A DNA stretch of 64,000 nt, taken from NCBI GenBank assembly GCA_963709785.1, contig CAVPXT010000007.1, forward strand, positions 137,613-201,612. The letters run 5' to 3'. Under the pieces are notes generated by a model. The model did no database searches and was not told the origin of the DNA. It saw only the letters and a program-made list of their open reading frames with translations. The DNA comes from an uncultured Actinomycetota bacterium (GTDB taxonomy: Bacteria; Actinomycetota; Actinomycetes; Actinomycetales; Dermatophilaceae). Shown piece after piece: positions 55,464-63,803 of the stretch. A program made the translations under genes and the position numbers. Each line of letters opens with the position of its first letter. Position 1 is the first letter of the stretch.

Positions 55464-57962
55464 ATGCCGGACATCCAGTCGACGGCCCTGCTCACCGCCA
55501 TGCCGGAGACGCCCTTCGCCGACCACGACGTGCACGACGCCCACGCCGAGGGCGGCCCGGAGACCATCGGGCTGCTTCCCTGGACGGAGGCGCCCTCACC
55601 GTTCGCCGGCGGGGTCGCCGGGCTCGAGCTCGAGGACGAGCAGACCGAGCTGTTCCTCGAGGCCTTCGAGGAGCTGCGCGACGAGGCCTTCGACGACTCC
55701 CTCGCCGAGCTCGTCGCCGAGACCTCCGAGGCCGCCGGGATCCAGGTGCACGGGGAGCAGCCGGACGCCTTCGGGGCCCAGCGCCAGCGACTGGCCGAGG
55801 CGCACCTCGAACCGGTCGTCACCGAGGCGGAGCGCTGCGTGCAGCGGCTCATCGAGCACGTCGGCCACGTCGACCCCTCGTCGATCTCGGAGGACGAGCT
55901 CGAGAGCCTGCTCGAGCGCTTCGACCCCGGGCAGGCGACGGTGTCCCCGGCGGGCGAGCAGTTCCTCGGCGGCCTGATCAAGAAGGTCAAGGGCGTCGTC
56001 AAGAAGGTCGTCAAGGTCGCGAAGAAGGTCGTCAGCAAGATCCCGTTCCTCGGCGCGATCCTCAAGAAGATCAAGTCCCTCATCAAGCCCTTGCTCAAGC
56101 GCGTCCTCGGGATGGCGATCGGACGCCTCCCCGCCGCCCTGCAGCAGCCGGCGCGCGACCTCGCCAGGAAGATCGGCATCGGCGAGCTCGAGGACGAGTC
56201 CTTCGACGAGCTCGAGGACGAGGCCGAGGAGGAGACCCTCGCCGAGGACTTCGCCGGGTCGCCCGTCCAGGTCCTGGACCCGGAGACCCTCGGGGAGTCC
56301 TTCGACGCCGCGCTCGCGGGTGCCCTGGTCTCCCCCGAGTCGCTCGAGGAGGGCGAGGCCTTCGGCCACGACGAGGGACCGGACCTGCCGATGGGGACCG
56401 AGCTCGAGCAGCTGGCCGCCGCCCGCGGGCGCTTCATGAACCGGGTCCGCGACGCCGGCGACGGGGACGACCTCGGCCCGGCGATGGAGCAGTTCATCCC
56501 GGCGATCCTCCCCGCGCTGCGTCTGGGGCTGCGGCTCATCGGCCGCACCAAGGTCGTCAACTTCCTCGCGAAGTACCTCGCGAAGCTCATCGGCAAGTGG
56601 GTCGGACCCCAGCTCTCGGTCCCGCTGTCTCGGGCCGTGGTCGACGTCGGCCTGCGGGTCATCGGGCTGGAGCACGACGGGACCGGCGAGCTCGAGGCCG
56701 AGGCCGTCCCGGCGATGCTCGCGACGACCGTGGAGGACACCGTCCGGCGGCTCGCTGAACAGCCCGACCACGTCCTCGAGGACGAGGGGCTGCTCCAGGT
56801 CGCCGTGGCCGAGGCCTTCGAGCAGTCCGTGGCTGCGAACTTCCCCGCGACCCTCGTCCGCCCCGACCTGCGGCTGGCGCCCTCCCTCGGCGGGACGTTC
56901 GTCACCCGGCACGCGCGGACGCCGCACGCGTACAAGAAGTTCTCCCGCACCCCCGAGATCGACCTCTCACCGGCGCAGGCCGCCGCCATCCGCACCTTCG
57001 GGGGCGTGACGCTCGACGCCGCGCTCCGCGCCCACGGCATCACCCTCCCCGGACGGTTCCGGGTCCAGGTCTTCGAGGCGGGGTCCGGGACCACGCTGCC
57101 GACCCTCGCCCGCCTCGAGGGCATCGTCGGGCCGAGCGGGACGCACGGTGCCTACAGCCACCTCCACCCCCTGACCCGCGCCAACGCGACCGCCCTGCTG
57201 CGCGAGCCCCGGCTCGGGGTCGACGTGCCCTCCCGCTTCCTCCAGTCCCGGCACAGGATCTCGGTGGGCGAGCGGTTCTTCCACCTCCAGCCCGTCGGGC
57301 AGCGCCCGGCACCCCGACCGGCCCCGACGCGGGAGTCCCCGTCGTGCGACCCCGGGACGCCGAGCGACCGGCGGATGCGCATCGACCTGCGCCGCGGCGA
57401 GGCGCGGATCGCGCTCTACTTCTCGGAGCCGGACGCCCAGAAGGTGGCGGCATCGGTCGGCTCCGACCCGACGAACCCGGCCCTGCTCAAGGCGCTCATG
57501 GAGGCGCTGCGAGCCGCCGGCCGCTCGGTCGGGCGCAGCGACGGGGCGGTGCAGATCCCCGCGGGAGCGCCGGCGGACAGTGCCGCGTCCCCCGGCGGCA
57601 CCGCCGCTCCGCCCACGGGCGGCGACGGCCAGTCCGAGTGGGAGGCCGAGTGGGAGGCCCAGTGGGAGGCGGAGTGGGAGCGCCGCTCCCGGACCCGCCG
57701 GCGGGCACACCACCGCCGCAGCCACCGGGTCTCCCCCGGCCAGCGGGCGAAGCTCCGGCGACGGATCAAGGCGGCGGCCGCCACGGCGCTCTCCGCGTGG
57801 GCACGCACCGGCGGCCAGGAGTTCGTCCGCGCGGCCCAGGACGCCCAGTGCGGGGTCACGGTCCGGATCCGGGTCACGGGCCTCGGCGGCCGGGGCTCGG
57901 GGGGCACCGGGCCCGGTGGCGCGGCCGCCGTCAGCGTGGCTCCGGGCCGGAGCCGGCCGTGA
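55464..57962 (+). CDS. large hypothetical protein (832 aa): acidic N-region, Lys-rich amphipathic core, acidic region, globular C-part, EWEA repeats, Arg-rich tail
   Basis: ATG at 55464 preceded by GGAGGGA. Coding-like codon bias throughout. No family recognised. Confidence 0.7.
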   Translation: MPDIQSTALLTAMPETPFADHDVHDAHAEGGPETIGLLPWTEAPSPFAGGVAGLELEDEQTELFLEAFEELRDEAFDDSLAELVAETSEAAGIQVHGEQPDAFGAQRQRLAEAHLEPVVTEAERCVQRLIEHVGHVDPSSISEDELESLLERFDPGQATVSPAGEQFLGGLIKKVKGVVKKVVKVAKKVVSKIPFLGAILKKIKSLIKPLLKRVLGMAIGRLPAALQQPARDLARKIGIGELEDESFDELEDEAEEETLAEDFAGSPVQVLDPETLGESFDAALAGALVSPESLEEGEAFGHDEGPDLPMGTELEQLAAARGRFMNRVRDAGDGDDLGPAMEQFIPAILPALRLGLRLIGRTKVVNFLAKYLAKLIGKWVGPQLSVPLSRAVVDVGLRVIGLEHDGTGELEAEAVPAMLATTVEDTVRRLAEQPDHVLEDEGLLQVAVAEAFEQSVAANFPATLVRPDLRLAPSLGGTFVTRHARTPHAYKKFSRTPEIDLSPAQAAAIRTFGGVTLDAALRAHGITLPGRFRVQVFEAGSGTTLPTLARLEGIVGPSGTHGAYSHLHPLTRANATALLREPRLGVDVPSRFLQSRHRISVGERFFHLQPVGQRPAPRPAPTRESPSCDPGTPSDRRMRIDLRRGEARIALYFSEPDAQKVAASVGSDPTNPALLKALMEALRAAGRSVGRSDGAVQIPAGAPADSAASPGGTAAPPTGGDGQSEWEAEWEAQWEAEWERRSRTRRRAHHRRSHRVSPGQRAKLRRRIKAAAATALSAWARTGGQEFVRAAQDAQCGVTVRIRVTGLGGRGSGGTGPGGAAAVSVAPGRSRP
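57636..57683 (+). repeat. 4 x 12-bp in-frame tandem repeat GAGTGGGAGGCC (EWEA EWEA QWEA EWER)
   Basis: Read directly from the sequence, inside CDS 55464..57962. Confidence 0.9.
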
Positions 57963-59200
57963 GCACCGCGCTCGTCGACGACCTCGAGCGCCAGGTCCAG
58001 CACTGGCTGGGCTCGGCCCGCGGGTGCCTCGACGCCGAGTCGTTCGCGTCCAAGCCGGCGTGGGAGTCGGTCGAGCACGCCGTCGGGCTCCCGGTGCGGA
58101 CCCAGCTGGCCCGCACCGTCGACGAGCTGATCCGGGTGGGCAGGTCGGCCGAGTCCGCGGTGCGCGCCGCGCGCACGCAGCCGGGCGCGGTCCCGGGGGC
58201 GCAGGCCGCGGTCGAGCGCTTCCGGCGCCGCTACCTCCAGGTCGAGACGACACTCGACTTCTTCGGCCAGGCGGTCAACTCCCGGACGAGCCGGCGGCTC
58301 AGCTCGACGATGACGACCCTGGACCGGCTCGCGCACCAGAGCATCGACGCGTCGCTCGGTCAGGTCGGCATCGTCGTGCCACCGGTGCTCACGTACATCG
58401 GGGAGGGGCTCGGTGCGAGCATCATCCGCGTCGGGATCCGCCTGTGGGCGCCGGGCACGGTCAATCCCGTGGCCGCCATCAAGGTGGTGCGGCACAACCT
58501 GTTCCGTCCGACCTCCCTCTTCCACGAGACCGGGCACCAGGTGGCCCACCTCACCGGGTGGAACGAGGCGCTGCGCGAGACGCTCGGGCGCGAGCTGGCC
58601 GACGACCCCGCGCTGCGCGCGATGTGGCAGCCGTGGAGCAGCGAGATCGCCGCCGACGTCTACGCGTTCGTGCTCACGGGCTACGCCTCGGTGGCGGCCC
58701 TGCACGACGTCGTCGCGGACTCGCGCACCATCCTGCGCTGGCCGCTCGGGGACCCCCACCCCGTCGGCTGGCTGCGCGTCCTGCTCGGGGTCGCGATGTG
58801 CCGGGCGAGCTTCGGCCCCGGCCCCTGGGACCGGCTGGAGGAGGCCGTCGTCGCCGCGAACCCGTTGAGCCGGGCCGAGGAGTCGACCGCGCCGCTGCTG
58901 CGTCGCTCGCACGACCGGATGGACCGGGTCGCCCGGGCCTGCCTCGCCTCGCCCGTCCCCGGTTTCGGGGGGCGCCCGGTGCCCTCGGTCCTGGACCCGC
59001 AGCGGGTCTCACCCCGGGCTCTCGGCGAGCTCGAACGCAGCGCCGGTGCGGCCCTGTGGACCTCGCCGCACTGGCGACAGGCGGAAGGCATCCGCATCGT
59101 CGCCCTCGCCGGCCTCCGTGAGGCCGAGCACCCCGATCGCGCCGGCCAGTGGGTCGAGCGTGCCGAGTCCTGGTTCACCGACACCGCACGCGCGGCGTGA
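57959..59200 (+). CDS. hypothetical protein with HExxH zinc-metallopeptidase-like motif
   Basis: GTG at 57959 overlaps the upstream stop (GTGA). LFHETGHQVAHLTGW at 58523..58537, with downstream SSEIAADVYAF. Confidence 0.7.
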   Translation: MSTALVDDLERQVQHWLGSARGCLDAESFASKPAWESVEHAVGLPVRTQLARTVDELIRVGRSAESAVRAARTQPGAVPGAQAAVERFRRRYLQVETTLDFFGQAVNSRTSRRLSSTMTTLDRLAHQSIDASLGQVGIVVPPVLTYIGEGLGASIIRVGIRLWAPGTVNPVAAIKVVRHNLFRPTSLFHETGHQVAHLTGWNEALRETLGRELADDPALRAMWQPWSSEIAADVYAFVLTGYASVAALHDVVADSRTILRWPLGDPHPVGWLRVLLGVAMCRASFGPGPWDRLEEAVVAANPLSRAEESTAPLLRRSHDRMDRVARACLASPVPGFGGRPVPSVLDPQRVSPRALGELERSAGAALWTSPHWRQAEGIRIVALAGLREAEHPDRAGQWVERAESWFTDTARAA

Positions 59201-59217
59201 CCCGAGAGGAGAGTCCC

Positions 59218-59649
59218 GTGGCCAACGAGAGACCGACCGTCAGCAGCCTGGACCAGCGGATGGGCGGGGTGGAACAGCAGCTGGGCGGACTCGCCGAGTC
59301 CATCGGCCGCGTCCAGGAGTCCCTCCACGTCCTCAGCGAGGGCAGCACCGCCCAGTCCGACCGGCTGTGGAGTGCCCTCGGCAGCCTCGGAGGGCTCGAC
59401 GGCATCGCCGGCGGTCTGGCCGAGATCGCCGAGGTGCTCGCCCCGATGCGCCAGTTCGCGCCGCCGTCGACGGCGCTGCCCCTCGAGCCGGGAGTCGCCC
59501 GCGCGGTCGGGCGGATCCGCCGATCGCTCGGAGGTGACCGACGCGAGCTGAACTTCCAGAAGCTCGTCACCCGGTGGGACGGGCCGGTGCCCGTCATCGG
59601 ACAGGCCCGACCCCGCCGCCACCGCCACGACACCGACGGAGAGGGATGA
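59218..59649 (+). CDS. hypothetical protein (143 aa), helical/coiled-coil-like
   Basis: GTG at 59218 after GAGAGGAGAG. Sequence begins SLDQRMGGVEQQLGGLAESIGRVQESLHVL. Confidence 0.55.
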   Translation: MANERPTVSSLDQRMGGVEQQLGGLAESIGRVQESLHVLSEGSTAQSDRLWSALGSLGGLDGIAGGLAEIAEVLAPMRQFAPPSTALPLEPGVARAVGRIRRSLGGDRRELNFQKLVTRWDGPVPVIGQARPRRHRHDTDGEG

Positions 59650-59653
59650 GGAC

Positions 59654-60844
59654 ATGATTCCCCAGCTCGTGCAGCAGATCGCCGACCAGATCGGCAGCGG
59701 CGACCCGCTCGCGGACCTCCAGGTCGCCCAGGCCGAGATCCTGACGTCCGACCCGCTCGACCTCGTCCTGCGGGCGGAGCAGGTGTGGAACGACGCCGAC
59801 GTCTGGGACCAGGGCCAGCCGCCGGCCGGTCCCGCGCGGACGGCCCTCATCGACACCAACGCCTTCGCGACCGGTGAGTGGACCACCCCGCCGAACCCGC
59901 CGCTGCCCATCCCGACCGGCCCGCAACCCGCCTGGGACCACCTGGTCTACGCGTACGCCATCGAGAACACCCGCGCACCGCAGATCCTCGCCCGCGTCGT
60001 GCGCGCCTTCCGCAGCGGCGAGGGGCTCGGGGTCCCCTCGGTCGCGACACAGCGCTGGCTCGACGCGACCGAGGCGCTGCTCTTCGGTGCCACGAACCCG
60101 TTCGCGGCGTGGCTCTCGACGAGCGGCGTGCGCCCGGACGCCGAGGCGGTCCGCCGCAACGCGTACTTCCGCCTCTTCGGGATGGACCTCGCGCACGGGA
60201 CCGACGGCAACGCGCCCTACCCCTACGACAAGGCCGAGGCGTCCAACCGTGGGTTCGTCAAGGTCTTCGAGGAGCTCCTCTTCGAGCTGTGGCGGGCGAT
60301 CGAGAACGTGCGGAACCTCGTCGCGGGCAACACGACCGACGACGACCGCATCTACCGCCTCGCCGAGCAGCTGGGCTTCATGCTGCGGTCCCGCCGCCTC
60401 CAGGCGATCCTCGGTCGCGAGGAGCTCGCCGCGACGACGGCGATGGGGTGGGTGGAGCTCACCGTCAGCTCCAACACGTCCGTCGTGACGGACCTGCGCG
60501 CCGAGGCCACGAGCGCGGCTGACCGGCTGCGGGTCATCGGTGAACGCGTCCGGCTGATGCCGCACTCACGGGCCGGGTCGTTCTTCTCCATGGCGACCGA
60601 GCTGTCCCTCCTGCTGCGGGCCCTCGAGGCCGGCTGGGTGACGGGGAACGGCCAGGCGTGGCTGCTGTACCAGACGACCGCCCCGGGCGGAACGCCTCCG
60701 CTGCCGCCCGGCCAGCGCCCGCTGGGCGCCGAGGTGCGGCGCATCATCACCGAGTGGGCCGCCGCCTCGGGCCGTGACCTCAAGCAGCGGGCCGTGCCCA
60801 TCACGGTCGTCCCCGGCGCGCTGGCCGCCCCGGCCACGCGGTGA
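59654..60844 (+). CDS. hypothetical protein (396 aa)
   Basis: ATG 4 nt after the preceding stop. Coding-like composition. No recognised domain. Confidence 0.7.
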   Translation: MIPQLVQQIADQIGSGDPLADLQVAQAEILTSDPLDLVLRAEQVWNDADVWDQGQPPAGPARTALIDTNAFATGEWTTPPNPPLPIPTGPQPAWDHLVYAYAIENTRAPQILARVVRAFRSGEGLGVPSVATQRWLDATEALLFGATNPFAAWLSTSGVRPDAEAVRRNAYFRLFGMDLAHGTDGNAPYPYDKAEASNRGFVKVFEELLFELWRAIENVRNLVAGNTTDDDRIYRLAEQLGFMLRSRRLQAILGREELAATTAMGWVELTVSSNTSVVTDLRAEATSAADRLRVIGERVRLMPHSRAGSFFSMATELSLLLRALEAGWVTGNGQAWLLYQTTAPGGTPPLPPGQRPLGAEVRRIITEWAAASGRDLKQRAVPITVVPGALAAPATR

Positions 60845-60856
60845 GCGGGGTGCGCG

Positions 60857-61801
60857 ATGACGGACCTCGAGACGCCGTGGGCCACCCCTGACGGGGTCCC
60901 GGGCGAGGCGGAGTGGATCGGTGAGGACCCGTTCACGCAGGGCGGGGCGGGCTTCACCGAGGAGTCGTGGGCCGACGCGCCGACAGTGGAGCGGCCCGCC
61001 GGAGAGCGGTGGCAGGAGTCCCCCTTCGAGACCCCCGTGGAGGGGTTCCTCGAGGAAGGCACCGGGCAGTGGGAGTCGTTCGCGGACAACGCCGTCGGGG
61101 TCACGACCGAGGCCGAGAGCGTCCCCGGCTGTGGGGGACCCGTCAGCGGAGCCCCGCCGCTCATCTACCGCACCTCGTGGGCGGCCCGGTCCCGCACCCC
61201 GTGGGTCGGGCGGGCCCAGACGTTGCTCAACGTCTTCCTCGCCCAGCAGCGGGCCGGCACCGAGAGCTGCACCGACCAGAGCGCCGCGACACGGGCCTAC
61301 ATCGCCTCGCTGCGCGCCCGGCTGGCGCCGCTCGGGCAGGATCCCCTCGGTGTCGACTGCATCTTCGGGGAGGGCACCGAAGTGGCCACCCTGATGTTCC
61401 AGGCCTGCCGCGGCCTGCTGCGCGACGGCAAGATCGGCGAGAAGACCTGGCCCCCGCTGCTCGCCCTCGGCACGACGCCGGTCCCCACGCCCGCCCCGAC
61501 CCCCACGCCCCGACCCCGGCCCCGTCCGGTGTCCGGGTGCGCGAGGACGTCTGGACGCTCAGTGCCGCGAACCCCTGGCACCCGACGATCCTCTGGTACG
61601 CGCGGGGCGTCGCAGCGCTCCAGGCACGAGATGGCCGGAACGCCGCCGACCCGCGGTCCTGGCGGCACCTGGCAGACACGCACGGCACATCGAAACGTCG
61701 CAACACCTGGCCCTCTGGTGCCCTGTGGAACCAGTGCGAGCACGAGAGCTGGCACTTCCTCCCGTGGCACCGCGGCTACCTGCACCACTTCGAGAAGCTG
61801 A
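60857..61801 (+). CDS. acidic N-region + peptidoglycan-binding (PG_binding_1) domain + Pro/Thr linker. The reading frame probably should continue into the tyrosinase (frame break near 61510)
   Basis: LGVDCIFGEGTEVATLMFQACRGLLRDGKIGEKTWPPL matches the PGBD repeat pattern. After TPVPTPAPTPTP the frame degenerates to an Arg/Ser/Gly-rich tail overlapping the tyrosinase frame. Confidence 0.6.
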   Translation: MTDLETPWATPDGVPGEAEWIGEDPFTQGGAGFTEESWADAPTVERPAGERWQESPFETPVEGFLEEGTGQWESFADNAVGVTTEAESVPGCGGPVSGAPPLIYRTSWAARSRTPWVGRAQTLLNVFLAQQRAGTESCTDQSAATRAYIASLRARLAPLGQDPLGVDCIFGEGTEVATLMFQACRGLLRDGKIGEKTWPPLLALGTTPVPTPAPTPTPRPRPRPVSGCARTSGRSVPRTPGTRRSSGTRGASQRSRHEMAGTPPTRGPGGTWQTRTAHRNVATPGPLVPCGTSASTRAGTSSRGTAATCTTSRS

Positions 61802-62991
61802 TCCGGGCCGAGATCACCCGCCTCGGCGGACCGGGGGACTGGGCGCTGCCCTTCTGGAACTACAGCGACACCAGCCGGCCCGACGTCCTGACCATCCCCC
61901 CGGCCTTCCGCCAGCGACGAACGCCCGACGGGCAGCCCAACCCCCTGCACGTGGCGCGGCGGGCCCGAGGCATCAACGATGGTGCGCCGATGTCCACCCT
62001 CGCCGTCCGGACCAGCACGATGTTCGGCGAACCGGCCTTCACCCCTCCGGCCGGTCTCGGCGGTGGGTTCGGTGGGGTCCGCGCACCGCTCGGCACGCAC
62101 GGGAACGGCCGTGGTGCCGACCGTGGCAGCCTCGAGAACGCCCCCCACGGCCTGGTCCACGGTCAGGTGGGCGGGTCGGGAGTCACACCGGGACTGATGT
62201 CGAGGTTCGAGACCGCGGCCCAGGACCCGATCTTCTGGCTCCACCACGCCAATGTCGACCGCCTGTGGGAGGCGTGGCTGCGCACCGCGAGTCACCGGAA
62301 CCCCACCGAGACGGGGTGGCTGGACGGGCACTGGACGTTCGGTTCGGGGCCCGCGGTCACGACCACGACGGTCTCGACACGCCAGATGATCGACCCCCGG
62401 CAGCAGCCGCTGGGGTATCGCTACTCGGACATGGCGTCCACACCGACTCCCGAAGCCGAGTGGTTCGCGGAGGTCGATGCGGGAGCACCGCATCTCGAAC
62501 AGCTCCCACCCGAGCTCGTCGGGACGTCGGAGGGCGAGATCTCCCTCGGGCCGCGCGTGATCACGACCCGGGTCGCGCTCCGTCGTCCGGTAGGGCCGGT
62601 CGCGCATCGGCTCGACGAGTCGACCGGGGTCCCGACGGGCTCCACGGTCTTCCTCCGCCTCGAGAACGTCACCGCGACGGTGGTCCACAGCAGTGGTGTC
62701 GTGGTCTACCTCAACATCCCTCGCGGTGGTCGCCCGGCGGACTTCCCGGACCGCGAGGCCGGTGTCCTCAGCCTCTTCGGGGTCATCGAGGCCTCGCAGC
62801 GCACCGACCAGCACGACGGGACCGGCAGCACGATGACCATGAACGTCACCCGCGTGGCGCGGGCACTGGCCGCCTCGGGGCAGTGGGACCCGACCACGGT
62901 CGATGTCACCTTCGTGCCCATCCCGGATGCCGCAGGCGTGGTCGAGCAGGGCGACGTGAAGGTCGGCCGGGTCAGCGTGTTCTACGCATGA
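61537..62991 (+). CDS. tyrosinase / polyphenol oxidase (type-3 copper) with C-terminal beta-rich domain
   Basis: CuA HESWHFLPWHRGYLHHFE. CuB HGLVHGQVGG...DPIFWLHHANVDRLW. GTG at 61537 is the first in-frame start. The same frame upstream reads PTPAPSG, continuing the linker of 60857. Confidence 0.8.
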   Translation: MREDVWTLSAANPWHPTILWYARGVAALQARDGRNAADPRSWRHLADTHGTSKRRNTWPSGALWNQCEHESWHFLPWHRGYLHHFEKLIRAEITRLGGPGDWALPFWNYSDTSRPDVLTIPPAFRQRRTPDGQPNPLHVARRARGINDGAPMSTLAVRTSTMFGEPAFTPPAGLGGGFGGVRAPLGTHGNGRGADRGSLENAPHGLVHGQVGGSGVTPGLMSRFETAAQDPIFWLHHANVDRLWEAWLRTASHRNPTETGWLDGHWTFGSGPAVTTTTVSTRQMIDPRQQPLGYRYSDMASTPTPEAEWFAEVDAGAPHLEQLPPELVGTSEGEISLGPRVITTRVALRRPVGPVAHRLDESTGVPTGSTVFLRLENVTATVVHSSGVVVYLNIPRGGRPADFPDREAGVLSLFGVIEASQRTDQHDGTGSTMTMNVTRVARALAASGQWDPTTVDVTFVPIPDAAGVVEQGDVKVGRVSVFYA

Positions 62992-63755
62992 CCCTCGCCC
63001 CGACGACCACAGCGCCCGCATCGCTGGTCCGGGTGCACTGGCACCACCCCGAGTGGGTGGTGGTGGCGGTGGCAGCGGGCGCGTGGCTCGGGCTCCTCGC
63101 CCCGGTCGCGGCGGACCCCACCGTGCTCCTGCGGGGGTCGCACCACCTCGGGATCGGCGGCGCGCTCGGGCCTGCCGCCGTGATGGCCGCCGCGATGATG
63201 GCACCGCTCGTGCTCGCCCCGGCCCACGAGCTCGCGGTGTCCAGCCTGTGGCAGCGCCGCTACCTGGCGGTGGTCGTCCACCTCACCGGGTACCTCGCCG
63301 TCTGGACCCTCGTCGGCCTGGTGATGATGACCGGGCTGCACCTCGCACGGGGATGGGTCGGGACCCTTCCCACCGTCGCGGCCGCGGGCGCGGCGGCCGT
63401 CGTGGTGGCGGGGACGGAGGACCACCGGCGCCGGCTCCGGCGCTGCGGCGCGTCGCGTCCGCTGTCCCTCACCGGGTGGCGGGCCGACCGGGACTGCCTC
63501 GACGCTGGGGTACGGCTGGCTGGGCGGTGCGTGGCGACGACGTGGGCGCTGATGCTCGCGCTGATGGCGCAGGGCGGTCTCGTCGTGCTCGCCAGCGGCA
63601 CGGTGCTGATGGTCGCCGAGCGCCGCGGCCTCGTCCCCGACCGACGGCTCGTCCGCTGGACCGTGGCGCTCACCGTGCTCGCCCTCCTCGTGACCGCCGG
63701 CAGCGTCGGCTCGGGGTCGCTCGACGGAGCACCCGTGGACCCCCACGCCCACTGA
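62988..63755 (+). CDS. DUF2182-type predicted metal-binding integral membrane protein
   Basis: ATGA overlap with the tyrosinase stop. Multi-TM with conserved His/Cys/Met (HWHHPEW, MMAP, RRCG, DCL). Confidence 0.7.
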   Translation: MTLAPTTTAPASLVRVHWHHPEWVVVAVAAGAWLGLLAPVAADPTVLLRGSHHLGIGGALGPAAVMAAAMMAPLVLAPAHELAVSSLWQRRYLAVVVHLTGYLAVWTLVGLVMMTGLHLARGWVGTLPTVAAAGAAAVVVAGTEDHRRRLRRCGASRPLSLTGWRADRDCLDAGVRLAGRCVATTWALMLALMAQGGLVVLASGTVLMVAERRGLVPDRRLVRWTVALTVLALLVTAGSVGSGSLDGAPVDPHAH

Positions 63756-63803
63756 CTCGGGCGGGGCGTTGCCACGGGGCGCCGGGCGGTGGACGATCGT
63801 CAC

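Noticed and set aside
57636-57683. Tandem 12-bp repeats as a possible CRISPR or VNTR non-coding array
   Set aside because: They are in-frame within a long coding ORF and have no spacers. They encode EWEA repeats.
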